Assembly: GCA_028712595.1 (NCBI GenBank)
Contig: JAQTPS010000002.1
Span: 1-63,201 of the forward strand
Length of the DNA: 63,201 bases
Origin: Minisyncoccota bacterium
GTDB lineage: Bacteria; Patescibacteriota; Minisyncoccia; Phycocordibacterales; UBA1550
Direction of reading: 5' to 3'
The notes under the pieces were generated by a model. The model had not been told where the DNA came from and ran no database searches. It worked only from the letters and a program-made list of their open reading frames with translations. The position numbers and the translations under genes are program-made. Shown one piece after another: positions 30,185 through 39,932 of this stretch. Every line of letters starts with the position of its first letter. Position 1 is the stretch's first letter.

Positions 30185-31423
30185 TTAAATAGGCAAATTG
30201 ATTGGAGCTTCGCTCTTTTTGGACGGAATACGACCAAAGGTTGGAGTTTGCGCAACTCCTCCGGGGAAGTGGAATATAGTCGCCAGCTCTTCGGACGTTA
30301 GCAAAAACGACTTTCGTGGATGAGGCGGATAAAACCAGGAGCGATGCTTGTATGCTTCAAATTGTTCTTTTCGGTTTTGGTTGATATGCGCCATACCATC
30401 TGTGAAAAATTCGGGTATTAAAACAAAGCGGTCAAAGGAATAATATTTCTGCCATGGAAAATCAAATCCAATAGTATGGCCCGTTGGCTTGAAACCGTTT
30501 GCATTGCTATTGCTAAATGGCTTAAGAAGACCAAGAAGTGGCGCAATATTGCCGTAACTAAATTTCTCTTTCTTTGCAACGTAGAGAGCTCTGATGCCAC
30601 AGTCAAAACCGAGCTTTCCCATATGTCGTTCTATGTTTTCTACTGCTTGCGATTCACCTTTTGTTAATATTGGCGGAGGAGCTTTGTCATCTTTGCTTTT
30701 TTTGTTGCGTCCAGCCATTTCTTTTACCAGCTCTGCGCCTTCTTTCTTCCAGTCGTCGCCTGACGCTCTGACAAGGATTTGTATCCAAAATTGCTCATCT
30801 TTCCCCATAGAACCCAGATATTCGATTATAGAAGTTAGTGGATCAATTTTGAATTCCTCTTCAACCTCCTGTCTGTCCAACCCATAATCCACATAAGTTC
30901 TTATAGGCAATGGGTCTGCTTTCGTAAGTTTATATTCGCTTCCAAATACATCCCACTCTCCTTTCATTCCCTTAAAATCAATGTACCTAGTATAATCAGG
31001 AACTTCAAAAATTTCTATGTCAGGATATTGAGCATAAAACTGTGTTTCAATAAGATTTTTATATTTTTTTATACAACGAACAAAAAATTTAACGTGCCCC
31101 TCAATGGAAACCATCTCCAAAGAAAACCAGTCTTTTACTTTGCCGTGCCAATACTTATCGTGCCACTCGCCTGCGCTGGACTGATACAAAGCACCAAGCG
31201 CAATCTCCATAGCAAGCGGAGTTTTTTGGATTTCTTTTGGAAGTTTTATTTCGAGAAGCACCCACTCCATTTTGGCTCTAAAATCAGCCTGAATATAATA
31301 CATCCACTCGTTCCAAAATATGGATATAAGAATGATCGGCCCCCAAAGAGGAAACCATTGAAAAAGGAAAGAGAAAAAGGCGCCAACTTGGGAGACGAGC
31401 TCTATGAGACCTAGAGAATTCAT
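30185..31423 (-). CDS. hypothetical membrane protein (412 aa from ATG 31423): two N-terminal TM segments + large soluble domain
   Basis: ORF 30185..31510 (31510 is a TTG). TATAAT at 31431-31436 lies 7 nt before ATG 31423. WVLLEIKLPKEIQKTPLAMEIALGALY... has no domain I can name with confidence. Confidence 0.55.
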   Translation of the reverse strand: MNSLGLIELVSQVGAFFSFLFQWFPLWGPIILISIFWNEWMYYIQADFRAKMEWVLLEIKLPKEIQKTPLAMEIALGALYQSSAGEWHDKYWHGKVKDWFSLEMVSIEGHVKFFVRCIKKYKNLIETQFYAQYPDIEIFEVPDYTRYIDFKGMKGEWDVFGSEYKLTKADPLPIRTYVDYGLDRQEVEEEFKIDPLTSIIEYLGSMGKDEQFWIQILVRASGDDWKKEGAELVKEMAGRNKKSKDDKAPPPILTKGESQAVENIERHMGKLGFDCGIRALYVAKKEKFSYGNIAPLLGLLKPFSNSNANGFKPTGHTIGFDFPWQKYYSFDRFVLIPEFFTDGMAHINQNRKEQFEAYKHRSWFYPPHPRKSFLLTSEELATIFHFPGGVAQTPTFGRIPSKKSEAPINLPI

Positions 31424-31499
31424 GATATTTATTATACAGGAAAGTGTGAGAATAGAAAAGCCCAGCGTCGTTTGTGGCACTGGGCTTTTCAGAATTGTA

Positions 31500-32534
31500 T
31501 TATCCTTCAATTAAAGAATATTTGCCGTCTTTTGCCTTTTTGAAAAGCTTTGTGTCTTGGAGATTAACAAACACAGTATTTTCTTTGACGTATCGCTCTT
31601 TTAAGACGCGGTCAATGATTTCTTTTTTTGTAAGCGGACCTTCTTTCTTTAGAATTTTTGTAATCACATCTTTGACCACTCCTTTCTCATAACCCCACGA
31701 TTTGAGAGCATAAAGACCGCGACCCACAAGCACAAAGCGGTCGTCTTTTATCAATTCATTGTGAGTAGTAGCAACATGCGCTTTTCTGTTGAACACTTCA
31801 CCGATGGACTTTGCGACCTCGGTAAAGTGCATTGGAGAACCGTGTTTGCGGATAACCAAGTATGCATAATCACGCATTCCGCGAGCACTTACGTTGTGAG
31901 ATTTGGACTTTCCCCATTCTCCAAGAGGATTTTTTGAAATATCTTTGGAAAGGTTGAGCCACCTTTTAACAATTTCTTCATTCTTGTAACCATCTGAAAC
32001 TTCTTTCAGGTGGGTAAGAAATCCAGCCATGATTTCACTTTCAGGAATGAGGTCTTCGTTAGAAAGCTTGTCATAAAGTTTCCGAAGCGCATCATGAACT
32101 TTCATTGATGTTTTGTCGTCTACAATCCAGCGATGCTTGAAGTGTTCGTCTTCTCTTTCTCGAGAAAACTCATGACCAAGAACAAGGAGGAAGTAAATAT
32201 GATTTTGAATACTTTCATCTCGCGAGATGTGCATAAGAAAATCTTCCTCGCACACAACACCACCCATTGCTACGATAAGTTTGTGAAGTTCTGCAAAAAC
32301 AGGGGCTTCTTTTTTGAAAGCGTCTGACTTTTTTATGACGGAAAGAGAAAAATTCTCAATCTGACGAACACGCTCACGAGTAATTTTATAGGAAGCACCA
32401 ATACCCTCAAGGGTCATTCTTCCCGTAGTTTCTCCGAGACCATATCGTTTTGTGATGACATCGAGTGCTCGCGGTGAAAGTGGCGCGAGAAGACGTTTGA
32501 CGACTTGCTTTGGTTTGAATGTGATTGATACCAT
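31500..32534 (-). CDS. DNA-binding protein: sigma-70 region-4-like HTH + C-terminal HARE-HTH/winged-helix
   Basis: LEGIGASYKITRERVRQIENFSL (region 4.2-like) and MRDYAYLVIRKHGSPMHFTEVAKSI (HARE-HTH-like). ATG at 32534. Confidence 0.6.
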   Translation of the reverse strand: MVSITFKPKQVVKRLLAPLSPRALDVITKRYGLGETTGRMTLEGIGASYKITRERVRQIENFSLSVIKKSDAFKKEAPVFAELHKLIVAMGGVVCEEDFLMHISRDESIQNHIYFLLVLGHEFSREREDEHFKHRWIVDDKTSMKVHDALRKLYDKLSNEDLIPESEIMAGFLTHLKEVSDGYKNEEIVKRWLNLSKDISKNPLGEWGKSKSHNVSARGMRDYAYLVIRKHGSPMHFTEVAKSIGEVFNRKAHVATTHNELIKDDRFVLVGRGLYALKSWGYEKGVVKDVITKILKKEGPLTKKEIIDRVLKERYVKENTVFVNLQDTKLFKKAKDGKYSLIEG

Positions 32535-32667
32535 AAAAATTAAAAAAGACGCTAAAGATGAATTTCCACGTACTAAAATTTGGTACACTCTAGCATTAAA
32601 GGCGTTTTAAGTCAATAGTTTCTATTTGGTAAATAATTTCCCCCAAAAACCCTTGTATTATATAGGT

Positions 32668-35127
32668 CTATCCGGCGACTACAAGGCTAAGGAGTTTGCC
32701 CTGAACGAAGATTATTTTCTTTATTTCCTTGCCCTCGACCCATTTCAATACTTTCGGACGAGCAAGAACCATTTCTTTAATCTTCTCTTCTGAAGTATCA
32801 AAAGGAAGAACAATTGTGTCGCGCACTTTTCCGTTCACTTGTACTGCAATCGTCATCTCCCGCGCAACAATTTTTGCAGAATCAAACGAAGGCCATTTCT
32901 CTAAATGTATAGATGTTCTGTTGCCAAGGTCGCTCCAAAGTTCTTCGGTGATGTGAGGAGCAAACGGAGCAAGAAGAACCAGCAGTGTCTCATAGTTGGC
33001 CCTCGAAACAGATGGAGCTTTTTCCATATCATTCAAAAGAATCATCAAAGCCGAGATAGCTGTGTTGAAACTAAACGAAGCAATATCTTCGCCTACTTTT
33101 TTTACTGCTTTGTGCAAAGATTCTTCAATGATCCTTTCGTCGGCAATATCTCCAACTTTTTCCTTGAGTCGCCAAACGCGTTCCAAGAAACGTCGTGGCC
33201 CTATTATTGTTTTTGAACTCCATGCTTTCATATCTTCGATTGGCCCAAGGAACATTTCGTGTAGACGAAGTGTGTCAGCGCCGTACATCTCTTTAATCTC
33301 ATCCGGACCAATCACATTACCCAGAGATTTGGACATTTTGCGACCATCTTCCGCAAGTATCATCCCCTGGTGACGAAGTTTCAAAAATGGCTCGTCGAAT
33401 TTAATATATCCAAGTTTGTTTAGCACTTTTGTAAAAAAGCGGGCATACATAAGGTGAAGCACGGTATGTTCAGCGCCACCCATATACATATCAACTGGTA
33501 GCCATTTTTCTATCGCTTCTTTTGAGGCAAACTCTTTTTTGTTTTTTGAATCGGCAAATCGGAAATAGTACCAGCTAGAGCAAACGAAAGTATCCATTGT
33601 GTCAGCTTCCCTGCGTGCGGGCTTTTTGCATTTTGGACAAACAACATTGTTAAATGTTTTTGAATACTTGAGTGGCGATTCCCCCGTAGGACGAAAATCA
33701 ACATCGGTAGGAAGAAGCACGGGCAAATCTTTCTCCGGAACAGGTATTTCACCGCATTTGTCGCAATAAATAATCGGGATTGGCGCGCCCCAATAACGCT
33801 GGCGGGAAACAAGCCAGTCACGAAGGCGATAGTTTATTTTCTTGACGCCCAATTTTTCTCCCTCGAGCCACGAAGCCATTTTTTCTCGCGCTTTTAGAGA
33901 AGTAAGTCCATTGAAGTTTCCGGAGTTCGCCAATTCCCCATCGTCAATAAAACATTCAGAAACAATGCGAAGGTCTGACTTTGCCCCCACGGCTAAATCT
34001 TCTGCAGACCTTGGAATAGCAAGTATCGAAGGAGGAAGAACGACTTTTTTGATAGGAAGTTTAAACTTTTTTGCAAACTCAAAATCGCGCAGATCGTGAG
34101 CCGGCACTGCCATAACTGCCCCCGTGCCATAATTTCCGAGAACATAGTCGCTCAAAAAAACCGGAACTTTTTCTTTGTTGAATGGATTCACCGCAAAAAC
34201 TCCTTCGAGCTTAACTCCTGTTTTTTCTTTTCCAAGTTCTGTCCGTTCAAGCTCGGTCTTCTTTTCTGTGGCGCGAATATAATTTTCTACTTCTTTTTTA
34301 TTTTTTATTTGAGACTCTAAAGTTTTTACCAATGAATGTTCCGGCGCAAGAACTACATACGTCATACCAAAAACAGTATCAATGCGGGTTGTGTAGACGG
34401 AGATAACTTCCCTTGTGTCAAAAACTGGCATATTAAACTCCACCCCTTCCGACCGTCCTATCCAATTGCGTTGTGCAGACACTGTCGAGGCTGGCCAATC
34501 AACCTTGTCGAGGTCGTTTATAAGACGGTCAGCGTAATCTGTAATTTTGAAGAACCACTGCTCAAGGTCTTTTTGAATTACCTGATTTTTGCATCGTTCA
34601 CAAATGCCTCCTTCGGCTTGTTCGTTTGCAAGAACTGTTTTGCATGATTCGCACCAATTCACTTTTGCTTTGCTCTTGTATGCGAGGCCATTTTTATAAA
34701 GCAAAAGGAAAAACCATTGCGTAAAAGCGTAGTAGTCCGGGCTCGAAGTATCTATCTCGCGAGTCCAGTCATACGAAAGACCTAGGCTTTTTATTTGCTT
34801 GGTAAAATTTTTAATATTTTTATGAGTACTGACATCTGGGTGTGTGCCAGTTTTGATAGCATAGTTTTCGGCGGGCAAACCAAACGCATCCCACCCAATA
34901 GGGTGAAGGACATTCTGGTCATTCATTCTGCTCCACCTTGAGTAGATGCAAGTGGCTGTGTAATTTTCTACGTGTCCTAGATGTAGTCCATCGCCTGATG
35001 GATATGGAAACATATCGAGTATGTATTGCTTCGGTTTTTTACTGTCGTCGCTTGCTTGATAAATTCCCGAGGCTTCCCAGGCGTCCTGCCATTTTTTTTC
35101 TATGGTTTTGTGGTCGTAGTTTTTCAT
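32668..35127 (-). CDS. leuS: leucyl-tRNA synthetase
   Basis: PYPSGDGLHLGHV (HIGH), KMSKSLGN, and the CP1 editing domain. ATG at 35127. Confidence 0.96.
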   Translation of the reverse strand: MKNYDHKTIEKKWQDAWEASGIYQASDDSKKPKQYILDMFPYPSGDGLHLGHVENYTATCIYSRWSRMNDQNVLHPIGWDAFGLPAENYAIKTGTHPDVSTHKNIKNFTKQIKSLGLSYDWTREIDTSSPDYYAFTQWFFLLLYKNGLAYKSKAKVNWCESCKTVLANEQAEGGICERCKNQVIQKDLEQWFFKITDYADRLINDLDKVDWPASTVSAQRNWIGRSEGVEFNMPVFDTREVISVYTTRIDTVFGMTYVVLAPEHSLVKTLESQIKNKKEVENYIRATEKKTELERTELGKEKTGVKLEGVFAVNPFNKEKVPVFLSDYVLGNYGTGAVMAVPAHDLRDFEFAKKFKLPIKKVVLPPSILAIPRSAEDLAVGAKSDLRIVSECFIDDGELANSGNFNGLTSLKAREKMASWLEGEKLGVKKINYRLRDWLVSRQRYWGAPIPIIYCDKCGEIPVPEKDLPVLLPTDVDFRPTGESPLKYSKTFNNVVCPKCKKPARREADTMDTFVCSSWYYFRFADSKNKKEFASKEAIEKWLPVDMYMGGAEHTVLHLMYARFFTKVLNKLGYIKFDEPFLKLRHQGMILAEDGRKMSKSLGNVIGPDEIKEMYGADTLRLHEMFLGPIEDMKAWSSKTIIGPRRFLERVWRLKEKVGDIADERIIEESLHKAVKKVGEDIASFSFNTAISALMILLNDMEKAPSVSRANYETLLVLLAPFAPHITEELWSDLGNRTSIHLEKWPSFDSAKIVAREMTIAVQVNGKVRDTIVLPFDTSEEKIKEMVLARPKVLKWVEGKEIKKIIFVQGKLLSLVVAG

Positions 35128-35191
35128 ATACTTGAATCGCAATTATAACAGATAAAAAATGGTTAGACAATGAATGAATTCTGGGCATTTT

Positions 35192-35220
35192 TTCACAAAA
35201 TTCATTTTGAGTGGTATGAT
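35192..35220 (+). promoter_or_regulatory. promoter, -35 TTCACA / 17 nt / TG-extended -10 TATGAT, 7 nt before ATG 35228
   Basis: Hexamers read directly. Confidence 0.45.
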
Positions 35221-35227
35221 ACGGCAC

Positions 35228-35596
35228 ATGAATACATCCAGAAACGGAAACAATAAAATTAAAGAAGAGAGCAAAATAGAAAGAATGTCTGATGGTGCTA
35301 CAAAATGGATCGGATCTACAAGCTCTTTAGTGATTCACACCGTATTTTTCGTAGCGATATTTTTTTTAATCCTGCTAGGTTGCGGTCTAGATAGAATTCT
35401 TCTTTTCCTAACGACTGTTGTTTCTCTCGAGGCAATTTATTTATCCATTTTCATTCAAATGGCAGTAAACAAAAATACCCGCCAGCTTCATGAAGTTAGC
35501 AGGGACATTGATGACATCCAGGAAGATGTCGAGGATATTTCTGAGGATATCGATGAGATTCAAGAAGACGTCGAGGATATTTCTGAGGAGGACTAA
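35228..35596 (+). CDS. DUF1003-like small membrane protein with an acidic tandem-repeat tail
   Basis: ORF 35174..35596. SDGATKWIGSTSSLVIHTVFF plus 2 TM segments. The tail is DIDDIQEDVEDISE / DIDEIQEDVEDISE. Confidence 0.55.
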   Translation: MNTSRNGNNKIKEESKIERMSDGATKWIGSTSSLVIHTVFFVAIFFLILLGCGLDRILLFLTTVVSLEAIYLSIFIQMAVNKNTRQLHEVSRDIDDIQEDVEDISEDIDEIQEDVEDISEED

Positions 35597-36690
35597 ATTC
35601 TGAACTCAATTACATCGCCGTCTTTTACAATATATTCTTTGCCTTCGATGCGTACGAGCCCTTTTTCGCGAGCCTTTGCATATGAGCCCGCATTAATAAG
35701 GTCTTTCCAAAATATAATTTCTGCGCGAATAAATTTATCTTTGAAGTCCGTGTGAATTGCTTGTCCAGCGACAGGAGCTGTCGAACCAACTTTTACTGTC
35801 CACCCCCTAGTTTCATCTTCTCCGGTCGTAAAATAGGACATCAACCCCAACATCTCATAGCTCTTTTTGATAAGGTTGTTTACTCCGTCATCTTTTACAC
35901 CAAGTTCGCTACGGAAAAGTTCTTTTTCTTCGCCCTCGAGAGCCGACAAATCTTGTTCAACGCCGGCATCCACGACGACATGGTGGGCGCCGAGATTTTT
36001 TAAACAAGACATCAATTTTTCAAAACGCTCATCACCAAGTTCATCCAAATTTCGTCCGTGGGCTTTTTTATTTAGAACATACAAAATTGGCTTCATCGTG
36101 AGGAGCTGAAGGTTCCCGACAATTTGTATTTCATCGGCAGTCAATTGCACAGAGCGAGCAAGGTTTCCTTTGCTTAACGCATCGGATATTTTTTCGAGTA
36201 ATTCTTTTTCTTTTATTGCTTCTTTTACTCCGCGTTTTACATCCTTTTCAATAGTACCCAAATGTTTGGTCACCGTTTGAGCATCCGCAAAAATGAGTTC
36301 TAGGTTTATTGTTTCAATGTCCCCTGTTGGGTCAATTTTCCCATTAACGTGAACTATGTTGTCGTCTTCGAAAATACGCACCACTTCGGCTATTGCGTCC
36401 ACTTCGCGAATATGCGCAAGAAATTTATTTCCAAGACCTTCACCTTCACTTGCTCCTTTTACCAACCCCGCAATATCCACGAACTCGACTGCAGCAGGAA
36501 TGGTTTTTGCAGAATTTGAAAATTTAGAAAGTATCTCCAGGCGCTCGTCAGGCACAGCAACAACGCCTACCGATGGATCGATGGTGCAAAACGGATAGTT
36601 TTCCGCAGGAACGGATTTTTTTGTGAGAGCATTAAAGAGCGTTGACTTGCCAACGTTCGGAAGCCCTACGATACCTATTGAGAGTGCCAT
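35593..36690 (-). CDS. ychF: ribosome-binding ATPase YchF
   Basis: [18 protein letters not shown], a TGS-like C-terminus, and ...DGDVIEFRI. Confidence 0.94.
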   Translation of the reverse strand: MALSIGIVGLPNVGKSTLFNALTKKSVPAENYPFCTIDPSVGVVAVPDERLEILSKFSNSAKTIPAAVEFVDIAGLVKGASEGEGLGNKFLAHIREVDAIAEVVRIFEDDNIVHVNGKIDPTGDIETINLELIFADAQTVTKHLGTIEKDVKRGVKEAIKEKELLEKISDALSKGNLARSVQLTADEIQIVGNLQLLTMKPILYVLNKKAHGRNLDELGDERFEKLMSCLKNLGAHHVVVDAGVEQDLSALEGEEKELFRSELGVKDDGVNNLIKKSYEMLGLMSYFTTGEDETRGWTVKVGSTAPVAGQAIHTDFKDKFIRAEIIFWKDLINAGSYAKAREKGLVRIEGKEYIVKDGDVIEFRI

Positions 36691-36698
36691 GATATAGA

Positions 36699-36929
36699 TT
36701 ATTTACCTGTGAGAATTTTTTGAAGTTCGCCTTGATGCGCGCGCATCACTTCCATAGTCGCGGCCTGCTGTGAACGACCTGCTTTGGTTTTCACTTTGAT
36801 TTCATCGCCGATTTTTTTGAAAAACTCTGGATTTTTGCCCACAAGCTCCACGATACGATCAATCTCAGCCTCTGGCATTCCCTTTAGCTGACGCTTTATA
36901 ACCTGCTTAAGTAAAAATTCTTTAAACAT
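36699..36929 (-). CDS. hypothetical small protein (76 aa)
   Basis: ATG at 36929 within ORF 36699..36965. Tightly packed between ychF and the transporter. Confidence 0.4.
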   Translation of the reverse strand: MFKEFLLKQVIKRQLKGMPEAEIDRIVELVGKNPEFFKKIGDEIKVKTKAGRSQQAATMEVMRAHQGELQKILTGK

Positions 36930-36985
36930 ATGGTGGAGCTTAACAAAAAATAATAAATTTAACAAATGAGCGAAGCGGTAATAGG

Positions 36986-38026
36986 TTATACGGCTTTTTC
37001 TTTTGAGACCGAAGAATTGTGCACCTCAAGCAACGCAAAAAGCAAACTCACGACAAGCGGGCCCAAAATTAAACCACTAGGTCCAAAAAAGGCGATGCCC
37101 CCAAGAACTGCTAAGAGAACCAGAAGCGGATGAAGCTCCATTCCTCTTCCAATCAAGTGGGGAGCAAGGAAATTATCCACGAGCCCAACGGCACTTACAG
37201 CCCAAATCAAAAGGCCAAACCCCTGAAACGTTTGGTGAGTAAAAAATAAAAAGATTATCGCTGGCACAAGCACAATACTCGTCCCAAATCCAGGAATAAA
37301 TGAGGTAAACGCCGCAACGCTACCCCAAAAGACCGGCTGAGGGATACCAAACAAGGCAAACCCAATAGAGGCAACAGTTCCCTGAATAAGCGCTATAAAC
37401 AAACTACCCCTCACAACGGAAGTGGCGGAGCGTTCGAGTTTGTTCAAAATCATTTCATCGTAAACATCATCAAGCGGGCTCAAAACGAGTAGCGCTTTTT
37501 TCATCTTTGCGCCATCTTTAATGAAATAGTAAAGAGAAATCAAAAATACACAGAGACTCATGAAAATTTTTGTAACATTAGAAAAGATAACGGTGAAATT
37601 TTGAAGAATGATATTGAGACCTTGTTTTATGTACTCGCCTACATTGACCAAAGAAATGTGCGCTTCTGGGAAAAATTTCTGCATATCCGCAAGCCACATA
37701 TTAAGGGCAACAAGCACACCGCCAACCCCATTGCCGTTTGTTAAAGATCCATATATCTGCCCGACCTCCTGAAAGATCTCCAAGCATAGGAGTACGAGTG
37801 GAACCAAAAGCCCAAATGCGACAATAAAGGTTGTCACGAGTGCCGAAAGTGTACGCCATTTACCGAAAAACTTGCTTACTCTTTTATTGATGGGATTGCA
37901 GACAAGAGCAAACACGATAGCAAAAACTACCGCGTAGAGAAAGGGCTGAAAGATAAAAAAAGTAAGCACAAGGGTCGCCAAGATAGCTCCCGGCAAAAAA
38001 TAAATTCCAATTTTTTTATTAAACAT
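36986..38026 (-). CDS. AI-2E family transporter (PerM-like permease)
   Basis: 346 aa, about 8 TM segments. SFIPGFGTSIVLVPA...LVDNFLAPHLIG. Confidence 0.85.
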   Translation of the reverse strand: MFNKKIGIYFLPGAILATLVLTFFIFQPFLYAVVFAIVFALVCNPINKRVSKFFGKWRTLSALVTTFIVAFGLLVPLVLLCLEIFQEVGQIYGSLTNGNGVGGVLVALNMWLADMQKFFPEAHISLVNVGEYIKQGLNIILQNFTVIFSNVTKIFMSLCVFLISLYYFIKDGAKMKKALLVLSPLDDVYDEMILNKLERSATSVVRGSLFIALIQGTVASIGFALFGIPQPVFWGSVAAFTSFIPGFGTSIVLVPAIIFLFFTHQTFQGFGLLIWAVSAVGLVDNFLAPHLIGRGMELHPLLVLLAVLGGIAFFGPSGLILGPLVVSLLFALLEVHNSSVSKEKAV

Positions 38027-38079
38027 AATTGTATTATAACACTAAATACCCTCTTGCGAATGTTGTACTTCTAAAAATA

Positions 38080-39039
38080 TTAACTTGTTTCGGGCGGGAC
38101 GACACAAGCATTGAATGCCTGAACTTCCCCGTTGTACTTAAGTATCAAGGCATGATTTATTGATATAGAATCCTCGTACTGCTTAATGAGAGAGTTGTAT
38201 TCCACTACATAAGTATTATAAAACGGGTTGACCGGAGAAGTTTTGTCTATCAAAGCTTTTTTAGCATCTATTGCTGTTCTCAAATTTGCGATTTCGGTAT
38301 TATTTGTATCAATTTGAACTTTCAGGTCCTTCTCAAGGGTGGGGCACGCAGAAAGTGGCATACCAAAACTTTGAACCGCTAGCCACGTATTGTTCCCCTT
38401 ATACATTCCTTTTCCAACAGCAACCCCTATTTCTTGAAAACGCGTGTTTAGAATATTTGCGCGGTGTCCAGGACTATTCATCCAAGCGTCAACTAGTTTC
38501 GCATCATTTCCAAAGTCGCCAAGCGCGAGATTTTCTCCAACCAAAACATAAGCATAGCCAGCCCTATTTGCAAGTTCGGCTGGCCCATCGCCTGTCGGCG
38601 AAATATGCTCAAAATATTGTTTTGCAAACATATCATCGAGCTTCATTTTGGCATCTTGGTCAAGAAATAAATTTTCGGTCAGAGCAGGAAGACCCCCGTT
38701 CTGCGCGCGAGCAAGATTGGTGTATGCAATGACTCCATTTGTCGAGAGCGTGTCGGACGATGGAGCCGAAGAAACGGGCGCGCTAAGTGGCGTTGGCGCA
38801 ATTACGACAAGAGAAGGTTCTGTTTGGGATGCAACTTTTGGCAACGAGCTGGCTTTTGCAGTTACTACTTTTGGACTTGCAACTTTTTTTGTAGTAGTAG
38901 CAACCCCTCGCGCCACGAATGGAATTTCCACAGGAGCTTGTGGGATTAGATTTTGTTCAAGAGATGTATAAAGAGATGTGGCTCCTGCGCCGATGGCGAG
39001 GAGAATGCTAAATACGATCTCAACTAGTTTAGTTAACAT
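38080..39039 (-). CDS. secreted CAP/SCP (YkwD-like) domain protein with a C-terminal coiled-coil region
   Basis: YTNLARAQNGGLPAL...HISPTGDG...WMNSPGHRANIL. Confidence 0.75.
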   Translation of the reverse strand: MLTKLVEIVFSILLAIGAGATSLYTSLEQNLIPQAPVEIPFVARGVATTTKKVASPKVVTAKASSLPKVASQTEPSLVVIAPTPLSAPVSSAPSSDTLSTNGVIAYTNLARAQNGGLPALTENLFLDQDAKMKLDDMFAKQYFEHISPTGDGPAELANRAGYAYVLVGENLALGDFGNDAKLVDAWMNSPGHRANILNTRFQEIGVAVGKGMYKGNNTWLAVQSFGMPLSACPTLEKDLKVQIDTNNTEIANLRTAIDAKKALIDKTSPVNPFYNTYVVEYNSLIKQYEDSISINHALILKYNGEVQAFNACVVPPETS

Positions 39040-39081
39040 AATGATATTTTAGCACAACAAAATGACAAAAATTAAAAAGTA

Positions 39082-39897
39082 TTACTTTTGAGCCGACTTC
39101 TGCGCTTCTAGAAATAGAAAAAGTGGAATTTCCATACGCGCGCGATCTTCTGCTTCTTTGCGAGGACCTTCCTCGCTCTCTCTGTGAGAAAGCCACTCCT
39201 CCAAGCGCGCAACACTAAACCCAGCATTTGCAAGAGTTTTGAAATAATATTGAAGAGGTCGATGAAAGGACAGCGTTGTAACTATGCCGGGATGGCTTGG
39301 GTTCATATCTATAACCGCTTTGCTTTCGGTCATATAGCGATCAATCCGCCTGTACTGCGTTTTTGTTTCTTCGTCGTAAGCCCAAGAACTTTCTTTTGGA
39401 ATACGAAAAGCCGGATGGTTCAAAACAATAAAAAGTTTTCCGCCTGGAGCTAAAATGCGTGCGCATTCTTTGAAAACTTTATGCGGAGCTTCTATATTTT
39501 GCAAAGAAAGAACAATGGTAATTTTCTCAAAATATCCATCTTGAAAAACTCCGAGGTCGTCTGCTGCACGTACAAAATATCTAATCTCTTTCGGAGATTG
39601 TTTTTGAGCAAGCGCTATGAGTTCTTTTGAAATATCTACTCCGGCAACTTCCGCTCCTTCGAGAGCAAATGCGCGAGAAAAGAAACCTTGACCGCAAGCC
39701 AAGTCAAGCACTCGAGCACCTTTTTTGATGCTCATCGCTCGGACCAAGTTTGGCAAAATTACCTTTGTTTGGTAGGTGTCGTCGCCCTGTTCGAGTAATT
39801 TGTCATACCAGCCGGCAACCCCGCCCCAAGAGGTCTTTTTTGCCACAAATGTGCCCTTTTTAGACGTCTTTTTGGTTTCTTTTTTGTCTCCTATCAT
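39082..39897 (-). CDS. class I SAM-dependent methyltransferase
   Basis: VLDLACGQGFFSRAFALEGAEVAGVDIS. The ATG at 39897 avoids overlapping the upstream gene. Confidence 0.75.
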   Translation of the reverse strand: MIGDKKETKKTSKKGTFVAKKTSWGGVAGWYDKLLEQGDDTYQTKVILPNLVRAMSIKKGARVLDLACGQGFFSRAFALEGAEVAGVDISKELIALAQKQSPKEIRYFVRAADDLGVFQDGYFEKITIVLSLQNIEAPHKVFKECARILAPGGKLFIVLNHPAFRIPKESSWAYDEETKTQYRRIDRYMTESKAVIDMNPSHPGIVTTLSFHRPLQYYFKTLANAGFSVARLEEWLSHRESEEGPRKEAEDRARMEIPLFLFLEAQKSAQK

Positions 39898-39932
39898 ATT
39901 AAAAATGATTCTAGCATAAACACGGAGCAATC

